The position numbers and the translations under genes were made by a program. 64,000 bases of DNA, taken from assembly GCA_963575745.1 (NCBI GenBank), contig CAUYUJ010000037.1, positions 496,001 to 560,000 of the forward strand. Direction: 5' to 3'. Origin of the DNA: Prorocentrum cordatum. Taxonomy: Eukaryota. This document shows positions 1 through 10,600 of the stretch, piece after piece (position 1 is the stretch's first letter; the number at the start of each line of letters is the position of its first letter). Under the pieces are notes generated by a model. The model did no database searches and had not been told where the DNA came from. It saw only the letters and a program-made list of their open reading frames with translations.

Positions 1-456
1 AGGGGCGTGACCAATAAAATCGGCATCGCCCAAGCAAACTAATATGATGCGTGCGTCTGTATCCCAGGGGCGACGCGCGCGCTGAGAAGTCTTCATGTAT
101 GTGATAATTGGTGGGCGTTTTCTGGCCAGACCGTCTGGGTAGCGATATACCGTGAGACTGCTGTACTAGATGATCTGGTCGGACGCACACCTCCAATGAG
201 GACACATAGTGCTAGTATGGCCTTCTGCGTCACATGGTACTCGAGCGACGGCAGAAAGCGAGGTCGACAGCGCCGACATTCGCGCGCAAGTTCCCCGCGT
301 GCGGTCGCGCGTAGGCGCACTCTTCTCCACGCGGTGTGCCGTGCAGGCGGCCCGCGAAAGCCGCGGCGTAAGGTCGACATGCCTTCTCGCGGAATGACCC
401 GCTTCTACTCGCCCACTTGGTATGGTGTTCGCCTCTGCCAGCGCGCACAGGATGGT

Positions 457-845
457 GGACATCCTTCGGGGCAGGCTCAAGAGCGGGAGACGCTCGACGA
501 ATCTGTACACGTTTTCGGGCGCGAAGGCCCGTGTACCTCAGGGCATACACGTGCGGCTCCCACTGGGGGGGGGGGGGGTCCGCGGGAGCGGCAGCTCTCG
601 CGCCCTCCAGGGGCAGGGCTTGTGGAGACATCCGCGGCCCCCCCTCCCCCACCCGCCTCTGCCACTCTTCCCTTCCCCGGGGATCTGGGCGTTGCAGCCT
701 TATCGCGCTGGGCGTTTTCGCCAGGTCTCGGGTCCCGGGACCATCACACATCCGTGCCGCAGAAATATGGTCGGGTCGGGGGCTCCAGTTTCGATATTCT
801 GCGATGTTGCAGTTTTTGTCGCAACGTCGGATCGCAGGGTTCCCC
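457..845. repeat. Dispersed non-coding repeat family segments
   Basis: 457-561 aligns by eye with 55182-55286 (cgaaggcccgt-tacctcag...acgtgcggctccc). 680-845 resembles 15326-15470, 16250-16400 and 44428-44600 (gatctgggcgttgca...cgggtcccgggacca-cacag). Confidence 0.6.
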
Positions 846-1466
846 TCCCTTGATTTGCACGACCCAGAAAGTCGATGTCTATAGATGTTTCAATATTCCC
901 TCTCGCATTGCGATGCGTTCGTTGTTCGCCCCCATGCTCTTCCCAGCAACTGCTGGCCTGATTCATTGTCATAGTTTGGGCTCTCGCGCCACCCTCCTGA
1001 TATGTTGCTTTACGCGCTCATCTGTTGTACCCAGTCTCGGCGTTATGCTTCGTTTTTCTGTCATGTGCAGAGCTAGCTATTCAGCGCGATTTTCATGTGT
1101 ATTCAACTTTCGATGTCATGCTTACGTTTCTGGGCATGCTGCAATGGTGGATTGCACAGAACTGCCATGCCATGCATTGTCTCCATGGTATGCGTAGCTT
1201 CAGAATTTCCATGAGCACGGGTATTAATATACTCTCGCTTCGTTGTAACATGTAGATGTTCGTATTCAGTTCCCCGCCCTCCTTCCCTACACCTGTTCCT
1301 CCCGCCCCTCCTCCTCCTTCCCCCCTCGTCTTACTGTTCCGTGCTCACTAGAGCCATGAATTTTCACTGAAGGCAAACATGTTTCACTGAAGGCAGAACT
1401 TGTTCATTGAATGTACTTTTGCAATGTGCTCACTGAAGAAACATTTTTCTCGCTGAAGGCATGCCT

Positions 1467-1602
1467 TCAGAAAAGTGATGTCTGCTGCTCGCCGCCGTCG
1501 TCGTCCTCACTCATCTCCTCACGTGGGCTATGGGCCATGTGCTCCCTTTCGAGGGATCCAAATCCTAGTCCCGCTGCCACGAGTTCGCCTGTCACTGCAG
1601 AC
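1467..1602 (-). CDS. Possible terminal exon of an unknown host gene
   Basis: AG|G acceptor followed by an open frame SAVTGELVAAGLGFGSLEREHMAHSPREEMSEDDDGGEQQTSLF*. No domain recognised. Confidence 0.25.
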
Positions 1603-3249
1603 CTGCCCCCGCCCCCCCCCCCCCCGAAGGCCTCCGACCGCAGAAGCCAGCTGAAGCCCTGCACGTTTGTCACGTCCGCGGACCACAAGGCCACCTGGCA
1701 CTCGCAAAAGTGGTGATAGGCCCGCCCGTCAGGGGCAACCTTGGGCGGGGATAGGCTCAGGGGTCGATCGATGTGCAGGTTTTCTGACGTTTTCGTCGAT
1801 TCGCGGCGGTTCTCCGTCCTCGGAGTGCCTTCCAGCGGCTGCGCCTCGCCGAGGCGTTCCGGGGTTGTCCGGATCGTCCCGAACGGCCGCCGGAGAGCCG
1901 AGTTCTGGCCCGAAAGCCCGGGGCAACGTCCCCCAATCGACCAGTCATCGCCGATAAGGGCCCGATAGCCCGCCCAGGACCGTACGGTTTCGCCATCGGG
2001 GGCCCGTCGCCGGCATTTCGGCGATGCATCGCCGATTCCAGGTCGATGTTTACCCCCCTGAGCCGGTCCCCGCGTAACGTTGCCCCTCAGCCTGGCCGAC
2101 TCATGGGATCCTTGCAACTTGTATGTCCTCAAAGTTTCGTCTCCAGAGTGCATTCGCGTCGATTTAGCGTCGGGTAGCGTTGATCCACTCCGATACAGCG
2201 TCGATGAACGTCGATTTAGCGTCGACGAGCGTCTATCAGCGTCAATGAGCGTCGGCGAGCGTCGATTCGCAAGGGCCCGTAAGATGACATGTGAGACTCC
2301 GACGAGTTGCCACAGAAGCCGCCAAGGTCCCCGAACCAGGCCCCACCCGCTTCGGCGGCAGGGTGAAGACCGTGACCGTGGTGGTGGGGGGGGGGATTCC
2401 GAAAGGCCGGACTCCCTCTGGCGCGGTGTTGTGTTTGCTGGTGGGTGTGGCAGCGGGTGGCGCGAGGGGGGTCGGAGGAGGATAAGGGACCATTGCGGCT
2501 ACCTTTCCCCCGTCGCCACGGCTGGATTCGCTTTGCAGAGGTTCGTGGAGCGCGGCTAAAACGTGTGCTTTCGGAGCTCCGCACTGATTTCGTGGATCGG
2601 CGCTGGACCCCCTCCCTGGCGCGCGGAGCGCGCCAGGGGCGGCGCCTGAGGCGCCGCCAAGGGGGGGCCAGTGCAGGTCCGAGAATCGGACGAAAAAATG
2701 CAAAATTCACATTCACTTTCGGAGCTCCGCGCTGATTTCGTGGATCCGAGAGTCGAACAAGACAAAACAGCATCCACATAAACTTTCGGAGCTCCGGAAG
2801 CACACATAGATTTGCCTGATTCATTTTGCGGCTTGGCGCTTCGAGGGGCGTCCCCCTCCGAGAGGTTGCAATAGGGACTTTGGGGGGGGGGGGGGGCATT
2901 CCCATCAAGTTGGGGCCCTGACGCCGTCATTCGGATGGGTATCGTGACGCTTGTGCTTGCGCAGGGGCTTGCGTGAGCAACGAATGTATTGACCACCGTA
3001 CATGTTTATCGCGTCCAGCCGCTAGACATGACCATTCCGTGATTGTTCCCCATGCCCTCCTCGTAATGTCAGGCTCTTCTGGTGTCAAAGAGCCCGTTTC
3101 ACTGCTTGGGGCATGACGGGCGTCATGGCCCGCGCCCCCCCCCTCTATGATGCAACGCTCCCCCCTAGTGCGCTCCAGGCACTGCCGCCGTGCGCATTGG
3201 GATCCGCGCAGGTGTCTGCGTAAGAATCCGCATAGGAGTCTGGTCCGCA

Positions 3250-3316
<67 letters not shown>
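3250..3316. repeat. (GTC)n microsatellite
   Basis: Direct reading. Confidence 0.95.
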
Positions 3317-3323
<7 letters not shown>

Positions 3324-3490
3324 CTCGTCGCTCGTCGCTCATCGTCGTCGTGCGCGCGGACGCGGCTAGCGCCTGTTTGTTTTAAGCCGGGCCGATGACG
3401 GCAATTATCTGGGGGGGAGGGGGTCGATGACGTTACGCTTCGCGCCGGCGGCGCCCAGGATTACCTAAGAATGGTGGAGGACGGGTGGCT

Positions 3491-3800
3491 CCAGCGTGTT
3501 GGTGGCGACTTGCACCGCAACGCCTGTGTGCACCACAGCGCCCGCGTACAACACACCGTCTGTGTACACCACACCGCCTATGTGCACCACATCCGCCGCG
3601 TGCAACACCGCGTCAGTCTGTGCCACCGTGCTTGCGGGCGCAACAGCTCTCGTGTACCCCACAGCGCCTGCGTACACCACAGCAGCCGTGTGCAACACAG
3701 CACTGCTGTACACCACAATGCCTGCGTGCATTGCAGTGCCTATGTACACCACGGCACCTATGTGCACCAGAGCAACCGTGTGCAAAACAGCACCACTGTT
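3491..3800 (+). repeat. 18-bp minisatellite (consensus about CGCCTGTGTACACCACAG)
   Basis: About 15 degenerate units; an inverted copy lies at 4225-4550. Confidence 0.85.
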
Positions 3801-4553
3801 GCATATAGAATATTAGAAGGAACCCGCATGACAAAATGGAGCGCTTGTGGATTCCACAAATAAGCAATATAACGGAATCCTTATGGACTAAGAAGCGCCG
3901 CTGGAATCTACGAGTCCTTCGGAGTCCGCCCGCATCACCCTAAAGCCTCCCATCTGCGTACAGGAGGCTCTAGCTAAATTGGCCGTCCGAGAACCAAGCG
4001 GACCGATTCAATGGAAAAGTTTGCAGTGCACGCTGAGATGCGCACGTGCGCTGCAGCGCCAACCCGCACGACGGGGGGTAAGGAGGAGGAGGAGGAGGAA
4101 GAAAAGGAGAAAGTGGAGGTGGAGGAGGAGGGAGGAGGGAGAAACGTCGCATTCGATCATCAGCACTGTCCTGGCGTGGCGCTTAGTTGTCCGCAGCACA
4201 TCCTCACGTACATGCTCCCTCTACCTGTCCGATGCACGCAGGCACTGTGGTGTACACCAGCGCTGCGTTGCACGCGGATGCTGTGGTGTAGACAAGCGCT
4301 GTGGCGTGCACAGGCGCCGCGGTGCACGTAAGCATTGTAGTGTACACAGGCGCTGTGTTGCACATGGTTGCTGCGGTGTACACATGTACACAGGCGCTGC
4401 AGTGTACGCAAGCACCGTGGTGTGCACAGGCGCTGCGTTGCACACAGTGGTTGCGGTGTACGCAGGCGCTGTGGTGTACACCCGCGCTGTGGTGCACGCG
4501 AGCGTTGTCGTGTACACAGGCACGCTTGGGCAGATCGCCACATACATGCTGCT

Positions 4554-4587
<34 letters not shown>

Positions 4588-6063
4588 CTCGTCGCTCGTC
4601 GCGTCGTGCGCGCGGGCGCGGCTGTGATGCCGGAGCCACACGGCGGGGGGGGCGTCACGTCATACCCCCCCCCCCGCCCCCTCCCCCTCCCCCATGACGC
4701 CCGTCATCGCCGAACATAAAGATACGCGCTCAAAATGAGCCCCGTTCCTTATCCAGCGTTCGTGATTTCAGCAGCCCGACTGTAACAGGGTTCAGCGCAA
4801 ACGGGGCTCGGCCAGAACGCAGGATCCTGCAGGACCCTGCAGAGCCTGAGTTTGGCTGAGCCGGGTTTGGGGCGCCGCTCGCGGCCCAGAGGTGGCCTTA
4901 CGTATTGGCCGAGCCGTTTTTCCTTCCAAAAAAGCGTCGCAGGTTCTCCTAAAGTGGTTGAGCTGGGTTTGCGCTGACCCCGACTAGTGCCAGTGCCCGA
5001 CGAGGTCACGATAGACAACGCAGTTCCGTGCACGATCAGCCTGCAGACCACTGGTGGCGACTGGCACAAGTACATTCTGTCCCGGGACGGGGGGCAGGAC
5101 CTTCTCCCACTTGCCCCCCGCTCTCTTCTTCTCCCCCTTCCCTGCCTCGTCTCCCTCTTCGCATCCTCTTCCCTTCTCCCTCCCCCCCGCTTTAACCTTA
5201 TCCCTCCTCTCTCCGCCCTCCCCCTCTTACCTCTCTCCTCTCGCCTTCCCACCTCCTCACTTATTGTTTCTTCCTCCTCTATCCTGTCTTCGCCGTCCTG
5301 CCTCCCATCTTCTGGTTCGAGTGCTCAGAGTGGTTCGAGGACGCTCAAGCCTGCCGCGCCAAGTATCGCCTTTTGCAGTGCCCAGCACATGCAGCTAGGA
5401 GTATGCATTTTATCATTATCACGGCCACAATGGGCCGCGGCAGAAAGGACTGACAGTTGTGCACGCCCCATGCAGCCGCCTCTCGCCGTCGAATCTGCCA
5501 TGCTTAAGTGTAATATCCAGCACAATGAAATTGCCCATGCTCTGGCAGTTGGGATGCTGATTGGAACTTAGGTGGTGCTGCGACCCAACTGAACGTGACA
5601 CATTGGTACACGTGTGCAACGGCCAACCTGGATTTGCCACCGCACGACCGCAAAATGCACGTTGCGTAGTCACGTCCATCGGCAAGATAGACGACTGCTG
5701 ATGAGCTCAGTTCCGCTGTTTGTGTTGCTGGTTCCGTTGTTGATTTGTTGGCGCAGGGAGTCTGTGCGACCACCGGCCAAGCTAATGAAGCTTGTAGTGA
5801 GGACGGCAGGCGAGTATCAAAGTTTCAATGATCGGCCCACGAACGTTTCCATGACGCGGGAGCTCATTCATATTTTAGGAGTGGTTTGCAGCCGACGCTT
5901 GCCAGATACGGTGGGGACTATCGTTAAGGAATGTGCCCAGGAGGCTTCAGTGCCTGGAGTATCCCTTATCTGCTGAGGGTGGTGGTGGTATGCATGGCTA
6001 AGCCTCAACTACTGTTCCACAGGTTTCCAGACCGTAGGTTCCTTATCCAATGATTCATTATCC

Positions 6064-6077
6064 AATGCCCTCACCGG
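6064..6077 (+). repeat. Left target-site duplication of LINE-A (AATGCCCTCACCGG)
   Basis: Identical 14-mer at 14183-14196, overlapping the end of the oligo(A). Confidence 0.95.
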
Positions 6078-6099
6078 TCCGTAGCCATTTTGGCTCAAG
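6078..6099 (+). other. Perfect dinoflagellate spliced leader (DinoSL) sequence
   Basis: TCCGTAGCCATTTTGGCTCAAG matches the consensus DCCGTAGCCATTTTGGCTCAAG at 22/22. It is not followed by a GT donor. Confidence 0.97.
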
Positions 6100-6122
6100 T
6101 CCGTAGCCGTTTCTGGCACAAG
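6100..6122 (+). other. Second, decayed (relict) spliced leader
   Basis: TCCGTAGCCGTTTCTGGCACAAG differs from DinoSL by 2 substitutions and 1 insertion, and retains the 5' TCCGTAG. Confidence 0.9.
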
Positions 6123-6282
6123 GGCTTGAAGTCACCTGGCGTGGGGGAGGCGCGCCCCCGCCCGCGATCCTGCGGCCAGGTTGGCTGCAGACATACTTGT
6201 GTGAGCTCCTGTCGGAGCAGCTCCCGTGAGGAGCACCGTGCCCTGTAACGACGTCCAAGATTTGCCTCCTGGTGCTCGCCCC

Positions 6283-7620
6283 ATGGCTCCTGCTCCAGCG
6301 GCCGTGCGACCTCCGTGGTGGAAGCTGCCGACCAAGTTCGTGTCCCCACCCTGGGGAGGTCAACAGAAGCAGCAGTGGCAGGCATGGCGAGACATCGGCT
6401 CCGACGACGACCTCGAGGGCTGGCACCAGGTGGGGCAATCTGGAGGAGGGCCGTGGTGCAGTAAGTGCGGTTGCAAGAAGAACTCCAAGGGCAGCAAGTT
6501 CTGCAAAGCCTGCGGCCATAAGCTCTCGGACATCAGCCCAGCCGTCGCTGCCGAACCCGCTGGGGTCTGGAGCGAGCAGCGTAGACAGCACGGGGATGCC
6601 GATGGCAAAGACGGCAAAGGCGGCAAGAAGGGCAAGAAAGACAAGGACTCGGGCAAAGGTGACGGCGGCAAAGGTGGTAAAGGGGGCCGTGTTGAGGGAG
6701 CAGCAGGCGGTGACCCAGCCAAGTTTCCTCGAGCACCTGGTGCACAGTTCCTGGTGGCCCAGGAGGGACCCTCGGTGGAGCTTGAGTTCCACGAGCTGGA
6801 GCAGCTGGTGGCCACGCTGGAGAAGCTGGGCGACACGGTCAGCCTCGCGAGGCACAGGCGCACCCTTCAAGAACGGCGACGACTCCAGCAGGAGGCGCTC
6901 TATGTGCCGCCATTGTCGCAGAGAGTCACGCAGGCCCACAAGCAGGTGCAGGACATCGCGCAGAAGCTGGAGAAGGCGGTGCTGCACTTCGAGCGGCTCG
7001 AGGAGGGCCTCGAGAGCCAGAGGCGGTGGGTCCAATCTCTTTGCGAGGACATGGAGTCAAAGAAGGCTGAGCACCGCAAGCTGGTGGTTGAGCTCAATCG
7101 TCAGGTGGTCGACATCAGCCAGGACTCAACTCAGTCAGTGGCCCCCATCAGTGTGGCTGGCATCCTGGACGGCTCCGTCGAGGAAATTCCTCTTTCGTTT
7201 GCTGGCCTTGGGTTCGACGACGAGGAATACGAGATGGATGCAAATGACAAGAAGGAGCTGGCAGATCGCAGCGCCCGCCTCAAGAGCGAGCTGTCCAACG
7301 CCGTCAAGCAAATGTTCGGGCAGGCGGCAGAGAAGGCCAAACTCTTCAAGGAGGAGCAGGAAGCCATGGCTCTACGGCTGGCTGGGAAGAGGCGGCGACA
7401 GGGTTCAGGCCCTGAAGACCCCGGCTCAGCAGGGGCGGCCGCTGCAGGATCAGCTCCGAGAGGCAAGGACGGCGAGGCAGTGGACCCCGACGCGACGACG
7501 CCGTCGCCTCCCTCCGCAGCCAAGCAGTCGCCCAAGGAGGAGGAGTCATCCAGAGACAACTTCGAGCAGACGGCGGCCAGGATCTGTCGCCCGCCGCCCC
7601 CTCAGGCGGACTCTGCCTGA
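6283..7620 (+). CDS. LINE-A ORF1 (445 aa): C4 zinc ribbon (RanBP2-like), G/K-rich linker, coiled coil
   Basis: First ATG after the SL (gccccATGG). Motif WCSKCGCKKNSKGSKFCKACG, a GKGGK tract and a heptad-rich E/K/Q/L region. Confidence 0.85.
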   Translation: MAPAPAAVRPPWWKLPTKFVSPPWGGQQKQQWQAWRDIGSDDDLEGWHQVGQSGGGPWCSKCGCKKNSKGSKFCKACGHKLSDISPAVAAEPAGVWSEQRRQHGDADGKDGKGGKKGKKDKDSGKGDGGKGGKGGRVEGAAGGDPAKFPRAPGAQFLVAQEGPSVELEFHELEQLVATLEKLGDTVSLARHRRTLQERRRLQQEALYVPPLSQRVTQAHKQVQDIAQKLEKAVLHFERLEEGLESQRRWVQSLCEDMESKKAEHRKLVVELNRQVVDISQDSTQSVAPISVAGILDGSVEEIPLSFAGLGFDDEEYEMDANDKKELADRSARLKSELSNAVKQMFGQAAEKAKLFKEEQEAMALRLAGKRRRQGSGPEDPGSAGAAAAGSAPRGKDGEAVDPDATTPSPPSAAKQSPKEEESSRDNFEQTAARICRPPPPQADSA

Positions 7621-7634
7621 GGGGGCAGACCCAG

Positions 7635-10600
7635 TTGACGCAGAGGCTGAGGGTGATCGGCGGACGCCCTTGGCCGAGGCAGCTGGATCTCTTCGACCAG
7701 CGGATCGTTTCTGGAGCAACAAGTCCGTGGACCTCGACTGGCCTCAAGTCGGGGGGTTTCGGGCCCCTGCCCTGGCCCGCCCAGACAAAAGGGACAACGT
7801 TGATCGGAAGGCAGTGCTGCAAGCAGCTGCGCGCCGTGCCCGAGGCAGTCCTGCCCGAGCCCTTGGGGCAGAGGCCTGCGGCTATGGGGCTCCCACCCGA
7901 TGCTGCAGATCCTGAGTGGCAGGCCATCCAGGACTTCAACGACATGAGGGCTGACCTCAGGGACTGGGCTGCCGCCTGGTTTGACTCTCACACGGAGCTG
8001 GAGACAGACAGCGGGCACTGGAGGCGCTGGTGCAAGGCTTTCCTGGGCGCGATGCTCGCGGACGGCGGGAACGAGCCGCTCAGGCGCCTACTGAGGATCG
8101 GGTTCCCAGGCTGGCACTTGGACAATATCCTGGACGAGCTGTGCCTCAGCGGCTGGAGGCAGTCAGAGCCCCGCCGCATTGCCTTTCTGGTCAGGCTCAA
8201 CAGTGCCCAGCCTCTGGATCGGTGGCGACTTGAGCACGCGCGCTGGAGGCAACTGGCGCAGATCAGGGCCATGTTTCGCCGACTACTTGGGGACAGAGCT
8301 CCTGGATACCCAGTGCCGCCTCAGAGGCCTGGTGGGGGAATGGAGTCGGACCCGACTCGTCGGCCTGACCCTGATGACGACCAGGCGATGGACTACGTCG
8401 ACAACCTGACGGCGAAGCTGCTCATGCTGTCGCACGCGCCCTCGCAGCAGCCTCCTGGCGGCAGGGCCTGCCCCAGCCAAGCCAACCTGCACGTGGAGCA
8501 AGCCAGCCTTGGTTCGCCCTGGTCAGCAAAGGGAGCCTCTTCGGTTTCGCGGACTGCTGTGTTAGAACGCATCCCTGGACAAACACGCCAGAGCAAGGTA
8601 AGACCTAGTCCCGAGTGCTCCTCGAGCTCGGGCCAGGCTCAGTCGCCACCCGCTGGATCAAGACCCTCGCCTGTCGGGGGGGTCGTGGGTTTTGCAGACA
8701 GTCCAAGCTGGGACTCAAGAAGCTTTCTCAACACCAGGGTCACGGTGGACACCCTGGGCCTCCGATCTGTCCCAGAGCTGCAGAACACCAAGGGGGACGT
8801 CTTGCCGCAGAGGGAGGGGCCGCTAACGCTCTGCTTGGCCAAGCTGGTGGCGCCGCCGGTGGCTAGCCCAGCGTCCTTCATCTCTCTGAATGGCACGACA
8901 TGGAAGGAGGCGCAGACGGAGCTTGAGCGCCTCTCGGACTCTGGCTTGAAGGACGATGTCTACCTCATCCAGGAGACGCGCTTCACGGGGAAGGAGAAGG
9001 AGAGCGAGGCCATCGGATGGGGCACTCGCAACGGCCTTAACGCTTCATTCAGCCCATGCAGGAGAACGGGAAGCTCGGCCCAGTCGGTGTCATCGGGGGT
9101 TGGCTGTCTTGTGGCGGCACACAGAGGATCAGCACCCGTGGACCATGACTGGGGTCCTTTCAGCTCGCGGCTTCTCGCTCGCAGGGTGGTATTCGGGGAC
9201 TTGATGGTGATCGTGGTCAGTGCCTACCTGGAGCACTCCGCCAAGATGACGGGCACAAACGTGGAGCTGCTGAGCGAGCTGCAGGTCTTCCTCAACTCTC
9301 AGTGCGAGCCCTTTATTGTGGCAGCTGACTGGAACATGGAGCCGCAGCTGTTGGAGAGCTCGTGGTGGCCGCGTTCGGTGGGCGGGGCAGTCGTGGCGCC
9401 CAAGTTTCCTACCTGCTCAGTGACCTCGGGGAACGATCGAGTATACGACTACTTCGTGATATCGGCCTCCCTTGCGGCTCTTAGCCCAACGGCAGAAGTG
9501 CTTCGGCCAACGTCTACACACCCCCATGCTCCAGTGCGTCTTACGTTCAGCAAGCTGGGGGCCCATGCCAAGGTCTGGGTATTGCGAGGCCCCAAGCGTT
9601 TCGACCTGTCGACGCACATCTCGGACGAGGACCAGCAGAAGGCAGTGGAAGACGCCCAGGACATAGTCTGGCAGGCGGCCCTGCCCGCTCCAGGAGTGGG
9701 GCCTGGCGAGGCAGTGCGAGAGTTCTTCGACAAAGCGGAGACCCACCTGATTGGCATGCTGGGTCTCAGTGACGGCCCCAAGTACCGTGGCAGGGCGGAC
9801 GGGCTCAAGCGGGTAGAGATCAGCCTCAAGGACTTCCAGCGTACTGAGACTTCCAGAAAGGTAAGCCCTGTGACGAGGTTGCGGCTTTCTCCCGGCAGGC
9901 TGGTCAAGCAACTCAGTGCGGCAGCTTCGGTCTCAGAGCCAGCAAAATGCCATGCGCTATACATGAAGCACCTGGAACGGGCGATCCTCTCACTGGCAGT
10001 TCAGTTCGACAGCTTGGGCAAACCGATGTTCAACGGCACCAAGATGGAGACGATAGTCCACGAGGTCAGGAGCGGCTCCATGGAAGGGCTGCAGGTGTTG
10101 AATGCCATCGCCAGGGTCACTGACAAGCACGTCAAGGGCGATGCGGCTGCAGCTAGGACCCGCTGGAAGGAGTTCGTGGACGAGTCGCTGGCGGGAGGTG
10201 GCCGTGGAGCTCATGCCATTAGCAAGAGGGTCCACGGCGAGGCGAAGCCGATCTTGGCGGACGGCAGCGGCGACTCGCCTCCCGTGCCACTGGTGGGCCA
10301 AGCGGCATTGGATCAGATGCTAGTGGGATGGAAGGCCCTGTGGAGCTGCGGGGACGGCCAGCAGACGAGGCCTGCTGACTGGATCACCACGTCGGACCTG
10401 CCCCCGATCACTGCAGAGCAGGTGATAGCGTCGGCGAAGGCGTTCGCGAAGAAGACGGCGCTCGGCTGGGACGGCTTCCACCCCAGGTTGCTGAAGATGC
10501 TAGGATGGCCCTTTGCGCAGCGCATGGCGGACGTGCTGACGCAATGGGAAAGGCACCCGCAGCCGACGGCGATGTTCACCACGCTCATCGTCTTCTTGGG

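Larger units (their letters stand above)
3113..4707. mobile_element. Foldback-like element with 16-bp terminal inverted repeats and internal inverted minisatellites
   Basis: ATGACGGGCGTCATGG (3113-3128) is the exact reverse complement of CCATGACGCCCGTCAT (4692-4707). Inside, an 18-bp minisatellite array (about 3491-3800) is inverted at about 4225-4550, and there are (GTC)n tracts. Confidence 0.5.

Noticed and set aside
3465..4719. Repeat-protein ORFs (CTTAPVYTT...)
   Set aside because: These are translations of an 18-bp minisatellite that is open in nearly all frames on both strands.
6078..6122. SL RNA gene
   Set aside because: The leader is followed by T rather than a GT donor and SL intron, and it lies inside a TSD-bounded retroelement. 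The same lack of a GT donor applies at 53015.
6272..7915. 547-aa overlapping ORF in LINE-A as a separate gene
   Set aside because: Most of it is an R/S/W-rich shadow frame of GC-rich ORF1; only the last about 95 codons look possibly coding.
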